Notes: generated by a model not told the origin, from the sequence alone. DNA of 64,000 nt from an uncultured Gammaproteobacteria bacterium (GCA_964612105.1 CAZTEU010000001.1:79115-143114); one strand, 5' to 3'. Positions 50,905 to 60,555 are shown, numbered from the stretch's first letter. Program-made: numbers and translations.

Positions 50905-51714
50905 ATGCCTCCTGTAGTGCAAAACATATTAGTGGCTGCATTTTCTCAACTAATAGGGGTATTTGGGATTTTTTTTGTGTTTGGTTTTGTTCTCTCTAGG
51001 TTACAAAGATGGACGTCTAGTAATTATTATAGGAGTGTTGGCTGGAAAGGAATATTATGGACAGCTTGGCTTGGTACTCCTATTCATGAATTATCTCACG
51101 TGTTCTTTGCTTGGTTATTTCGTCATAGGATAATTAAAATTTCCCTGTTTAAACCAAACAGAGAGACTGGAGAGTTAGGTCATGTGGATCATTCATACAA
51201 CAGATTAAGCATATACCAGAGGATGGGAAGTTTCTTTGTTGGGGCTGGTCCAATGATTATTGGACCATTTGTATTAACTTTCTTGCTGTATGCACTTGTA
51301 CCAAATGCAAAAGGCGTATTTAATCCTCTTATAGACACATTCTCAAGTGTTTCTGCATTTACCACATCCGTAGTAGCAATTGGAAAACTATTCATAGTAG
51401 AAAACATTAGATCTTGGAAATTTTGGATATTTATTTATCTATCATTATGCGTAGCATCTCACCTCGCACCAAGTAGAGCTGACCTAAAAACTATGTGGGG
51501 AGGCCTTGCCTGGATATTTGGTTTGGTTATTGTGATAAATGCCGCCACACTAATGCTAAATATAGATCTGACAGCGTATGTGCTCAGAGTAAATCAGTAT
51601 CTTGGAATCTTTACAGCTATTTTCCTGTACGCTACAATTTTATCTGTAATACACTTTATTTTCTCTCGTTTTATTTTTGCAATATTCTCTAAAAACTGGA
51701 AGCTTGGTCAATAA
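50905..51714 (+). CDS. Polytopic membrane protein with intramembrane HExxH (putative zincin-like metallopeptidase, DUF3267-like)
   Basis: HELSH embedded in a TM helix (PIHELSHVFFAWL) and 6 TM helices. Confidence 0.4.
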   Translation: MPPVVQNILVAAFSQLIGVFGIFFVFGFVLSRLQRWTSSNYYRSVGWKGILWTAWLGTPIHELSHVFFAWLFRHRIIKISLFKPNRETGELGHVDHSYNRLSIYQRMGSFFVGAGPMIIGPFVLTFLLYALVPNAKGVFNPLIDTFSSVSAFTTSVVAIGKLFIVENIRSWKFWIFIYLSLCVASHLAPSRADLKTMWGGLAWIFGLVIVINAATLMLNIDLTAYVLRVNQYLGIFTAIFLYATILSVIHFIFSRFIFAIFSKNWKLGQ

Positions 51715-51715
51715 T

Positions 51716-52462
51716 ATGAATAATAAAAAAATAAAGCGCTCACCTGCGCTTTTAAAGAAAAGAAAAATAATAAACTCAGTTACTGCTATAAAAGTAAGAG
51801 AGGAAATTATTGCGTTAAAAAAAGCTGCAAAACTTACAGATAATATTTTTGATAAGATAATCAAAAACTGGAAGGAGTTTAATACAGAAAAGGATATAGA
51901 AACATTTATATTAAAAAAAATATCAAATCTTGGACTTAGGCCATCTTTCCCTCCAATTGTTGCTAGTGGAAAACACGCATGTAATCCACACGCTGTACCA
52001 AGAAATAAAAAATTGGAAAGAGGTTTTTGTGTTATAGACATGGGATTAATATTTAATGAGTATTGTTCGGACATGACAAGAACAGTCTTTATTGGAAAAC
52101 CTAAACAAAAAGAAATTGAGTTGTATGAAAAAGTTTTAGAAGCACAGATAAAGACAATTGCAAAGGTAAAAATTGGGATGCAGACAAAAACATTAGATAG
52201 GTATAGTAGAAAAATACTTGGAAAGGAGCTTTCTAAGCAATTTATTCACGGGCTTGGTCATGGTGTTGGTACTCAGGTGCACGAGTGGCCGTTTATAAAC
52301 TCAAAAACCAATGCAAAGCTATTGGAAAATATGGTTTTTACAATTGAGCCAGGGGTGTATGTAAAAAAAGGCTATGGTATAAGAATAGAAGATACGATTT
52401 TATTAACAAAAAAAGGGCCGGAGACCCTAAATAAATCTTCTAAGAAATTAATTATATTCTAA
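51716..52462 (+). CDS. M24-family metallopeptidase (Xaa-Pro aminopeptidase/methionine aminopeptidase-like, short form)
   Basis: HGLGHGVGTQVHEWP and EPGVY M24 metal-ligand motifs. The start is set at ATG 51716 after the upstream stop. Confidence 0.7.
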   Translation: MNNKKIKRSPALLKKRKIINSVTAIKVREEIIALKKAAKLTDNIFDKIIKNWKEFNTEKDIETFILKKISNLGLRPSFPPIVASGKHACNPHAVPRNKKLERGFCVIDMGLIFNEYCSDMTRTVFIGKPKQKEIELYEKVLEAQIKTIAKVKIGMQTKTLDRYSRKILGKELSKQFIHGLGHGVGTQVHEWPFINSKTNAKLLENMVFTIEPGVYVKKGYGIRIEDTILLTKKGPETLNKSSKKLIIF

Positions 52463-52468
52463 ATAGAA

Positions 52469-53245
52469 TTATTTACTATTTAGAATATTGATTATTTCCT
52501 TATATACTCCTGGACAAGCCATTACAAGCTCATCCTTTTCTATGTTCCATTCATTTCCACTAAAATCTAATGCTACTCCACCCGCTTCTTCTACTAATAA
52601 CTTTGCAGGAGCATAATCCCATATTTTAGCACCTTTGGATATTGACCAATGAATTTTTCCTCCCGCAACAAAAGAAGATGAAACGCCTACACTACGGAAC
52701 GAATTAAACTTATACATGTATTTATCTTTTACAGCAAAAAACCTCTCGTGTATTTGTGCGTTTCTATTTCTGAATGTACCTGGTAAATCTCCCTGGGAAC
52801 CAGCAAAACCATCCTTCTTTGAGCATTTGATTCTATGGTCATTTAGGTACGCTCCCTCACCTTTTTTAGCGAAATAAAATTCATCTAGTAATGGATGGTA
52901 TATTGTTGCAAGGATAGGAGTTTTTTTATGCAATAGAGTAATCATAACACAGAAAAGTGGAAGTCCTCTTGAGAAATTACCAGTCCCATCTATTGGATCT
53001 ATTAACCACGTGTACTCTCTCCCTAAAAGATCTTCATCTTTTTCTTCAGAAATAATACCATGATCTGGAAACTCTTTTTTAATCCTATTAACTAGCATTG
53101 TATTTGCATACTCATCCGCCTCAGTAACGTAATCCATCTCGTCTTTTTTTGTATACAAAACATCTACTTTTTTGTATTTTTCCAACACAAACAAACCCGC
53201 CTCTTTAGTGGCGGACTTAATTACTTTTTCAAATCTATCTTCCAT
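52469..53245 (-). CDS. Inositol monophosphatase-family phosphatase
   Basis: WLIDPIDGT and DxxxxE-type metal-binding motifs. Confidence 0.8.
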   Translation of the reverse strand: MEDRFEKVIKSATKEAGLFVLEKYKKVDVLYTKKDEMDYVTEADEYANTMLVNRIKKEFPDHGIISEEKDEDLLGREYTWLIDPIDGTGNFSRGLPLFCVMITLLHKKTPILATIYHPLLDEFYFAKKGEGAYLNDHRIKCSKKDGFAGSQGDLPGTFRNRNAQIHERFFAVKDKYMYKFNSFRSVGVSSSFVAGGKIHWSISKGAKIWDYAPAKLLVEEAGGVALDFSGNEWNIEKDELVMACPGVYKEIINILNSK

Positions 53246-53278
53246 AACAAAATGATTTTGATCATTTGAGTTTACTTG

Positions 53279-53365
53279 CGGAAGGATGGGGATTCGAACC
53301 CCAGGTACCCGTTAAGGTACACAGCCTTTCCAAGGCTGCGCAATCGACCACTCTGCCATCCTTCC
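53279..53365 (-). tRNA. tRNA-Ser (anticodon GGA)
   Basis: Acceptor ggaagga/tccttcc, anticodon loop ttGGAaa and a long variable arm (tgtaccttaacgggtacc). Confidence 0.8.
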
Positions 53366-54145
53366 TTAGCGCTTTTTACGGAATATATATATCCCTGCAA
53401 TGACAAGAAGGATAGCAAAATATTGCGCCGGAGTCAATCCAAAATAGCGAGCATCTGCTTGCACTATATCTTCTGCTCTGTAAAAATCTAACACTAGTCG
53501 CAATATTCCATAATAAACAAACAGCATAGATATATACCAGCCACTTCTCCTCTTCTTATACCAAGAAAATATAAATATAATTGCAAGTGGAATAAGCCCC
53601 AGTATTTCCAGAAGAGCTGTTTCTAATCTAGCTCCTCCTATATATTTAATAGCTATAAAAGAGTCACTTCTTTTACCAAGATGATCATGAATCATAACAC
53701 AGCCTATACGACCAACCATCCATCCAAATAATGCAGAAAAGCTTATCAAGTCTACAACCTTAGTTATATTTTCTTTTGTTACATGATATTTCTTTCTAAG
53801 TAAAACAAAAGCAAGTCCTGCCCCAAACAATCCACCAAAAGATGACATCCCGCCTTTCCAAAGTTTAATTATTTCTGCTGGGTTTTCCAAAAAGAATGAT
53901 GGTTCATAGAAAAAAGCATGGAAGAACCTAGCCCCAATAATTCCAAATATAATCATCCAGAATGCTAGATCTATAATTTTCTTTGAGTGTGTACCAACGA
54001 AAGAGTAAGAATACTTTTGGATAAGTATAATAGACACAATCATTCCAAGTGCTACAAAAAAACCCCACACTTGAATTGGTATAGGTCCAACATTAATTAC
54101 AGTATACTGAAACCATGGAATCATATTACTTATTTCTAAACTCAT
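53366..54145 (-). CDS. lgt: Prolipoprotein diacylglyceryl transferase
   Basis: Lgt signature region (GARFFHAFFYEP; GRIGCVMIHDHLG) and 6-7 TM helices. Confidence 0.85.
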   Translation of the reverse strand: MSLEISNMIPWFQYTVINVGPIPIQVWGFFVALGMIVSIILIQKYSYSFVGTHSKKIIDLAFWMIIFGIIGARFFHAFFYEPSFFLENPAEIIKLWKGGMSSFGGLFGAGLAFVLLRKKYHVTKENITKVVDLISFSALFGWMVGRIGCVMIHDHLGKRSDSFIAIKYIGGARLETALLEILGLIPLAIIFIFSWYKKRRSGWYISMLFVYYGILRLVLDFYRAEDIVQADARYFGLTPAQYFAILLVIAGIYIFRKKR

Positions 54146-55460
54146 TAATTATACTCATTGCCTCATCCACATCATCTGTAATTTTATATAGCTCAGTATC
54201 TTCTTTAGAGATTGTTCCATTCTCTTTTTCCAATATCTTTGTTATAAATTCATCTAAATCCTTCCAATAGTCGGAGCCAAACAAAATTATTGGAATTTTT
54301 TGCATCTTATTAGTTTGTATAAGGGTTAATACCTCAAAAAACTGATGCATTGTTCCAAAACCACCTGGGAAAAACACAAATGATTTACTTGGTGCTGTTA
54401 CTATTAGTTTCCTAGTAAAAGGAAACTTAAACATTATTTGTTTATTTACATAACTATTCATCCTAGCTTTACCGTGCACTTCCATACCAACACCTACAGA
54501 TTCACCCCCTACTTCTATTGCACCTTTATTAGCAGCCTCTGCTATTCCAGGAGCTCCACCAGTTACTGTAGAATAACCATTTTCTGCTAATTTCCTTCCA
54601 AGTGTATATGCAGATAAGTAATAGTCACTTTCTGGTTTTACACTTTTTGTTCCAAGCACAGTTACATCTTCTACTGACCCGGTTAAGAATTCAAAACCCT
54701 CAACAAGCTCTGCCATTATTCTAAAAATCTTCCAATCCATTTGTTTTGCTGGACCATGGAAGCTTAATGTAGATAGTTCACATTTTTCCCTTCCTTCATT
54801 ATCTTCATGAGTAGAGATAATATCGTATGCTTCTTGCGCTGTATCCACTATATGCCACTTTTCTAATGATGCAACATGAGATACGGAAAGTCTACACACG
54901 TTTTCTCGTAAAAACCTTACCAGTGGTTCCCAATAACTCTTTCCTACAAGCACAATTGGTAGTTCGCACATTTTCTTTATTTCCATGTGATCTATAACCT
55001 CAAAGAACTCGTCCATTGTCCCAAATCCACCAGGGAAGAAAATGAAAGCGTGCGCAGGAGATGTAAGCATTACTTTACGTGTAAAGAAGTATGAAAAATC
55101 TAATGACTTTGTGGCATATGGGTTAATTGTTTGCTCAAACGGGAGTTGTATATTAATTCCTACGGATTCTCCCCCAGCTTCATGTGCTCCACGATTGCCA
55201 GCTTGCATTATTCCGGGCCCTCCTCCGGTTAGGACAGTATATTTTCCCTTAGCTAAAAGCGCGCCAATCTCTACAGCAATCTTATAATATTTATTATCCT
55301 CCTTAAATCTTGCAGAACCCAGTATTGTAACTTCTCTTTTTAATGACGATATGAACTGGTAACCCTCAACAAACTCTGACATTATCCTAAATATTTTCCA
55401 AGTGTCTCTGTAGTCACCGGATTCGTTTATTCTATAACTAAAATCTTTTTCCTCTTTCAT
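54126..55460 (-). CDS. Tandem LOG-family (TIGR00730 Rossmann-fold, lysine-decarboxylase-like) fusion protein
   Basis: Two complete LOG domains, each with PGGFGT(M/M)(D/H)(E/Q)FFEV. Confidence 0.7.
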   Translation of the reverse strand: MKEEKDFSYRINESGDYRDTWKIFRIMSEFVEGYQFISSLKREVTILGSARFKEDNKYYKIAVEIGALLAKGKYTVLTGGGPGIMQAGNRGAHEAGGESVGINIQLPFEQTINPYATKSLDFSYFFTRKVMLTSPAHAFIFFPGGFGTMDEFFEVIDHMEIKKMCELPIVLVGKSYWEPLVRFLRENVCRLSVSHVASLEKWHIVDTAQEAYDIISTHEDNEGREKCELSTLSFHGPAKQMDWKIFRIMAELVEGFEFLTGSVEDVTVLGTKSVKPESDYYLSAYTLGRKLAENGYSTVTGGAPGIAEAANKGAIEVGGESVGVGMEVHGKARMNSYVNKQIMFKFPFTRKLIVTAPSKSFVFFPGGFGTMHQFFEVLTLIQTNKMQKIPIILFGSDYWKDLDEFITKILEKENGTISKEDTELYKITDDVDEAMSIINEFRNK

Positions 55461-55464
55461 ATAT

Positions 55465-56889
55465 TTAATTTATTTCTAACTGATGACCTACCTGTAAAAC
55501 TGTTTCATCTCTCATCCTTGGTCCTATAATCTGCATACCTACTGGCAAACCTTCGTCTGTACTTCCAACTGGAACAGATAAAGAAGGAAGTCCAGCAAGT
55601 GCAGAAGGTGCTACAAAAACATCTGCGAGATACATTGATAATATATCGTCTCTCTTTTCTCCTATCTTAAACGCAGTATGTGGAGATGTTGGAGTAAGAA
55701 TTACATCAACATTTTCAAACGCATTGGTGAAATCCATTCTAATAAGAGTCCTTACCTTTTGTGCTTTTTTATAGTACGCATCGTAGTATCCTGCAGAAAG
55801 TGCATATGTACCTATCATAATACGTCTCTTAACTTCATCCGGGAATCCTTTTGCTCGTGATTTAGTATATGCTTCTGTAAGATTACTATGAGGTGCTTGC
55901 ACTCCGTATCGGATACTATCTATTCTAGCCATATTTGAACTATCCTCACTTGGGACTACAATATAATAAACTGGTACAGCGTATTTTGTGTGTGGTAATG
56001 AAAGCTCTACTATTTCACAACCAAGGCTTTCTAATTTTTTTATTGTTTCTTTTGTAATATCTCGCACTTCATCTTCCAGTCCATCATTTTCCATGTATTC
56101 TTTTGGTATCCCAATCTTCATTCCTTTTATACTTTTTTGTATTTCTTGATTGTACTTTGGCACCTTATCCATCACAGTTGTAGCATCTCTTTTGTCTTTT
56201 CCAGCAATAGTTTCCATTATTATAGAAATATCTTCTACACTTTTTGCCATAGGACCCACCACATCCAATGAGCTTGCCATTGGCATTATTCCATATCGTG
56301 AGTTCCTTCCATAGCTAGGACGAAATCCTGCTATACCACAAAAACTAGCTGGTTGACGAATAGAGCCACCTGTATCTTCTGCTATAGAAAAAACACTCAT
56401 TCCAGAAGCAACCGCAGCCGCAGAACCCCCAGAACTTCCACCAGAGACTCTTGTCTCGTCGTGTGGATTCTTTACAGGGCCATACATTGAATTTTCATTA
56501 CTTGCTCCATGACCAAAGCTATCGCAATTATTCTTGCCTATTAGTACCCCACCTTGTTCTACTATTCTATTAATAACAGTTGCTCCGTGCGGTGGTAAAT
56601 AATTGTCTAATATCTTTGCAGATGCAGTAGAGCGAATATCTTTTGTACAAATAGCATCTTTTACAGAAAATGGTATACCTGTCAGTGAATTTGATTCACC
56701 ATCTGCAATTAGTTTGTCAGCAGTTTCTGCAGACTGTATAGCTGTCTTTTTGTCTATGGAAATAAAAGCATTTAACTTCTCTTTCTGCTCAATAGTTTTT
56801 AGAGTCTCTGTTGTTAATTCTACAGACGAAAACTCTTTCATCCTAAGTCCTTTATATGCTTTTGCAATTGTAAGTTCAGAAAGATTCAT
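55465..56889 (-). CDS. gatA: Glutamyl-tRNA(Gln) amidotransferase subunit A
   Basis: Amidase signature (GGSSGGSAAAVA, Ser-cisSer-Lys triad region). Confidence 0.9.
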   Translation of the reverse strand: MNLSELTIAKAYKGLRMKEFSSVELTTETLKTIEQKEKLNAFISIDKKTAIQSAETADKLIADGESNSLTGIPFSVKDAICTKDIRSTASAKILDNYLPPHGATVINRIVEQGGVLIGKNNCDSFGHGASNENSMYGPVKNPHDETRVSGGSSGGSAAAVASGMSVFSIAEDTGGSIRQPASFCGIAGFRPSYGRNSRYGIMPMASSLDVVGPMAKSVEDISIIMETIAGKDKRDATTVMDKVPKYNQEIQKSIKGMKIGIPKEYMENDGLEDEVRDITKETIKKLESLGCEIVELSLPHTKYAVPVYYIVVPSEDSSNMARIDSIRYGVQAPHSNLTEAYTKSRAKGFPDEVKRRIMIGTYALSAGYYDAYYKKAQKVRTLIRMDFTNAFENVDVILTPTSPHTAFKIGEKRDDILSMYLADVFVAPSALAGLPSLSVPVGSTDEGLPVGMQIIGPRMRDETVLQVGHQLEIN

Positions 56890-56892
56890 AGT

Positions 56893-57189
56893 CTAATCAG
56901 TAAATACACCTTTTACTTTGAGTAAGTCACCCATCCTGTCTGGAAATTGAGAGATAATTTTTTTTCTTGTTTCTTCTGTGCATGCAACCACCTCATCCTC
57001 TCTTGTAACATCTTCCAAACCTGTTACCTGATTTGTCTCCTCTACAGAACTTGTATCTACTTCATTTAGTTGAGATATATATGCAAAAACAGCAGAAAGT
57101 TGTTCTGCATACATTTCTTTTTCTTGTTCTGTTAATTCTAAGCGCGCAAGAAGCGCAATGTCTTCAATTTCTTTTCTTGTTAGTGCCAT
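56893..57189 (-). CDS. gatC: Glutamyl-tRNA(Gln) amidotransferase subunit C
   Basis: ~98 aa with a GatC pattern. Start at MALTRKEI (ATG 57189), immediately upstream of gatA. Confidence 0.75.
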   Translation of the reverse strand: MALTRKEIEDIALLARLELTEQEKEMYAEQLSAVFAYISQLNEVDTSSVEETNQVTGLEDVTREDEVVACTEETRKKIISQFPDRMGDLLKVKGVFTD

Positions 57190-57198
57190 ATTAAGCCA

Positions 57199-57227
57199 AT
57201 TATATATCAATTACTTGCTCCAAGCAA
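57199..57227 (-). promoter_or_regulatory. Putative sigma70-like promoter for gatCA (-35 TTGCTT, 17-nt spacer, -10 TATAAT)
   Basis: Read on the minus strand: ttgctt-ggagcaagtaattgata-tataat, 9 nt before the gatC ATG. Confidence 0.3.
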
Positions 57228-57261
57228 GGTTAATATTGACAAGTACTCACATTGCTAATAT

Positions 57262-57750
57262 TATATATCCATGTATGCGTTCAGCCTGGGGCAACCACCC
57301 ATCGGCGAGATCAAGAGCAAAGAACGCGTCTACACGCTGGTTGGCCTAACTTCGCTACCGCGTGGGTATGGTCTGATGAGGCAGAGAGTCGAAAGAAGGA
57401 GAGATTTATCGACTCACCCCGGCCTGTGCTGGAATCTACTGTTGTCAGATAGCCATGCTTCTGGCTTACCAAGAGGTCGATTCGAACGTTGCTACCACTT
57501 GAGGAGCCTCTGTGTCAGAGTAGTAGTTACCGGATCAGTTTCCTGCTGTTCTGACACACGAACGAGAGCTAACTGCTCATAACGTGACCAGCTCCCTTGG
57601 TCACTAGTCTTCAGCAACTGCGCGTTGCTGGATTGCTCTTTCAGGGGTATCCTCCCTGTGGTCACAAACCAAAAAAGGAAGGCGTCCAACTTGGTGGCGG
57701 AAACTGGGTTTCGCTCTGTTGGGTTCAACCACACCAGGTTGGGCGCCGCT
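57262..57750. ncRNA. GC-rich, hairpin-dense non-coding island: probable structured RNA gene, class and strand unresolved
   Basis: ~490 nt of markedly higher GC than the flanking DNA. It has no ORF longer than 103 aa and no protein-like periodicity. Perfect 7-8 bp stems occur at 57510-57560, 57584-57605 and 57614-57632. Confidence 0.45.
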
Positions 57751-59771
57751 CAACTTACTAATAACTTAAACTGGGATTCTGTGATAATGTTTACACCCAG
57801 TTTTTTTGATTTTTCATATTTACTTCCTGGTTTCTCTCCCGCAACAAGATAGTCTGTATTTTTGCTCACAGAACCAGAAACACTTCCTCCATTACTTCTT
57901 ACTATTTCTTTTGCTTCATCTCTTGAGAGGGTTTGTAGTGTTCCAGTAAAGACAAAACTTTTTTCTTTAAGTTTACTATTAATTTTCTTTTTCTTTGTCG
58001 ATTTAATAGTAACGCCATTCTCTAATAATTTTTCTACAAGTTTTTTGTTTTTATCATCTTTGAAAAACTCAACAATGGATTCTGCAACACGAGGACCAAC
58101 ATCTGGAACATTTTCTAGTTCTTTCTGCTCTGCTGATATTAATTTTTTAAGAGAAATAAAATGATTTGCAAGTGCAATTGCACTCTCTTCCCCAACGTGC
58201 CTTATACCTAGTGAAAAAATCAAACGCGGTAGTGTAATTTCTTTTGCGTTGTTAACTGATTCCACTAAATTTTCTGCAGATTTTTCAGCAAAACGCTCCA
58301 GTGGTTCCAGATCATCAACTCTTAATGTAAATATATCCGAAACGTCTTTTATTAGACCTTCGTTCATTAATTGCTCCACAATCTTTTTACCAAGTCCATC
58401 TATGTTAAAAGCCTTTTTAGAAACAAAATGAATTATGTTTTTTAACTCTTGAGCAAAACAGTTCCTATTTGTACAAAACAATGCTGTAGAACTCTCTTTT
58501 TTCTTATCCATTATTTCTTTTCTTTCTACTTTCGAGTTACATATTGGACACTCTTTTACTTCTTTTACTTTCTTTTCTTTACCTGTTCTCATTTTCGTAA
58601 GCACACGAACAACTTTTGGAATAATATCCCCCGCTTTCTCCACAATAACTGTATCTCCTACACGAACATCTAGTCGTTTAATTTCATCAAAATTATGTAG
58701 TGTTGCGTGTGTTACGGTTGTTCCAGCTAATTGTACGGGTTCCATTAGCGCAACCGGAGTCAACGCACCTGTTCTACCAACTTGTACATATATATCTTTT
58801 ATTTTTGTACTCCCCTGCTCTGCTGGAAATTTTAATGCTATTGCCCAGCGAGGAGCTTTTCCTGTGTAGCCAAGTATATCCTGATACTCCTTCTGATTTA
58901 CTTTTACAACAACTCCATCTACCCAAAACTCTTTGCTGTGCTTTTCCTTCTGCCACTTATCATGAAAATCCATTATTTCTTTTAGTGTTTTGCACACTTT
59001 CCAATTGTTGTCTGTCAAAAAACCTAGTTCTTTTAGTTCTCTTAGCTCACCTTCCTGCGAAAGCGTGTGTTCATTGGAAATATCATAAGCTGTTACACTT
59101 AACTTTCTTTTTTCCACTATTCTAGGGTCTAATTGGCGAATAGTACCCGCTGCAATATTTCTTGGATTTGCGTAAAGCGGTTCATTATTTTTTTCCCTTT
59201 CTTTATTTATTTTATTAAATATTTTTTGTCCCATCCAAACCTCTCCTTCTGCAATTAAATCTACTTCTTTATTTAGTTTTAGTGGTACGCTGTGAATTGT
59301 TTTAATATTCTGAGTTACATCTTCCCCAACTTTTCCATCACCACGAGTGGCGGCTGTTTCTAACACTCCTTTTTTATAATTTAATACAATGTGCAATCCG
59401 TCTATTTTTAGTTCACAAATATATGTTACATCTTTTGGACGATTTCCTAATTTCTTTTCTAATATTTTTAATATCCTCTCCTGCCAATTTTCCATGTCTT
59501 CTTCTGTAAACGCATCGTTAAATGACCACTGGGGAACAGTGTGTGTAATTTTACTAAACTTTTCCAGGGGGGTACCTGCAATTCTTTGTGTAGGCGAATC
59601 TTTTGTAATTAGTTCTGGGTTTTTCTCTTCTATTACACTAAGCTCATCCATTAACCCCTCGTACATTTTGTCTGTAACTTCTGGATCATTAAGAACATGG
59701 TAACGATATCTAAGATCATTTATTTGTTTGTGCAACTTTTCTACATGCTTCTTTATGTCTTTTTTTGTCAT
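57750..59771 (-). CDS. ligA: NAD-dependent DNA ligase LigA
   Basis: KxDG adenylation motif (ELKIDGLHIV), an OB fold, a Zn finger (CPICNS...C), HhH repeats and a C-terminal BRCT domain. Confidence 0.9.
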   Translation of the reverse strand: MTKKDIKKHVEKLHKQINDLRYRYHVLNDPEVTDKMYEGLMDELSVIEEKNPELITKDSPTQRIAGTPLEKFSKITHTVPQWSFNDAFTEEDMENWQERILKILEKKLGNRPKDVTYICELKIDGLHIVLNYKKGVLETAATRGDGKVGEDVTQNIKTIHSVPLKLNKEVDLIAEGEVWMGQKIFNKINKEREKNNEPLYANPRNIAAGTIRQLDPRIVEKRKLSVTAYDISNEHTLSQEGELRELKELGFLTDNNWKVCKTLKEIMDFHDKWQKEKHSKEFWVDGVVVKVNQKEYQDILGYTGKAPRWAIALKFPAEQGSTKIKDIYVQVGRTGALTPVALMEPVQLAGTTVTHATLHNFDEIKRLDVRVGDTVIVEKAGDIIPKVVRVLTKMRTGKEKKVKEVKECPICNSKVERKEIMDKKKESSTALFCTNRNCFAQELKNIIHFVSKKAFNIDGLGKKIVEQLMNEGLIKDVSDIFTLRVDDLEPLERFAEKSAENLVESVNNAKEITLPRLIFSLGIRHVGEESAIALANHFISLKKLISAEQKELENVPDVGPRVAESIVEFFKDDKNKKLVEKLLENGVTIKSTKKKKINSKLKEKSFVFTGTLQTLSRDEAKEIVRSNGGSVSGSVSKNTDYLVAGEKPGSKYEKSKKLGVNIITESQFKLLVS

Positions 59772-60538
59772 AACAAACTCATATACCAGTTAATAATTGA
59801 CGTCCCCCAAAACATTGCCACAAGTGTGCCGACTGTAAGAAATGTACCAAAAGGAATTTCACTTCTAATTTTTCTTCTTTTTAGAAGAATAAGCATAACA
59901 CCAGCCACTGCTCCAAATATGTATGCAAGCAATAATCCAACTAAAATATTTGGCCAACCTAATATAATACCCATAAACAAACCTAGTCTAATATCTCCCC
60001 CTCCAACCCATTTTCCTTTAGATAATAGGTATTGCAATAAAAAGAAACCAGCACCAATAGATGCTCCTATTAACATAGCTCCCCATTCTTGCCAACCAAG
60101 CCACCAGCTTATACCAAATAATATTACAGCTGGAATTGTTGTTACACGATCTAAAATCTCCATGTAATATAGGTCATACACAAAGACAAACACTAGGAGG
60201 GAAACCAAAATACAGTCGCGTATTATCTGAGGGGCTGGATTTATAAGATAGAGTGAATGATAGTAAGCAACCCATGTAAACAAAACACCTGTAACTATTT
60301 CTACAAGTGGATAGTGGCACGATATATTCTCCTTGCATGACCTACACTTTCCTTTTAGGATAATAAAACTACAGACAGGTATTAGGTCTATAATGCCCAG
60401 GGTTACATTACAATGTACGCATACTGATCTTTCTCTCCAAATCGTGCGTCCTACTCTTGTACGCCAAATCCAAGCATTGAGGAAACTACCAAATACAGCA
60501 CCAATTATTAAAAAATAGGACAAAAATAGCCAATCCAT
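59768..60538 (-). CDS. pilD: Type IV prepilin peptidase (A24 family)
   Basis: N-terminal Cys-x-x-Cys tetrad (CVHCN...CRSC) and polytopic membrane topology. Confidence 0.8.
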   Translation of the reverse strand: MDWLFLSYFLIIGAVFGSFLNAWIWRTRVGRTIWRERSVCVHCNVTLGIIDLIPVCSFIILKGKCRSCKENISCHYPLVEIVTGVLFTWVAYYHSLYLINPAPQIIRDCILVSLLVFVFVYDLYYMEILDRVTTIPAVILFGISWWLGWQEWGAMLIGASIGAGFFLLQYLLSKGKWVGGGDIRLGLFMGIILGWPNILVGLLLAYIFGAVAGVMLILLKRRKIRSEIPFGTFLTVGTLVAMFWGTSIINWYMSLL

Positions 60539-60555
60539 ATGTGGATATTATAGCA

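Noticed and set aside
53276-53491. 71-aa plus-strand ORF over tRNA-Ser and the lgt 3' end
   Set aside because: It overlaps a confident tRNA-Ser and is antisense to lgt; no coding signal.
57271-57582. 103-aa plus-strand ORF and shorter ORFs inside the GC-rich island
   Set aside because: Arg/Cys/Ser-rich low-complexity translation typical of GC-rich non-coding RNA. There is no start context. Segment length and stem-loops fit an RNA better.
57262-57750. tmRNA identity for the GC-rich island
   Set aside because: A plus-strand frame gca-aag-aac-gcg-tct-aca-cgc-tgg-ttg-gcc-taa (AKNASTRWLA*) looked tag-like. But it lies only ~30 nt from the only GGGG run. No tRNA-like T-arm or acceptor pairing could be built at either end on either strand.
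57262-57750. RNase P RNA or 5S rRNA identity for the GC-rich island
   Set aside because: Only short partial resemblances were found (caacagagcgaaaccc; ccauacc..aaguuagg..gccgaugg). The universal GGAAAGUCCGG P4 strand is absent. The 5S-like stretch needs a ~35-nt insertion and has no helix I partner.
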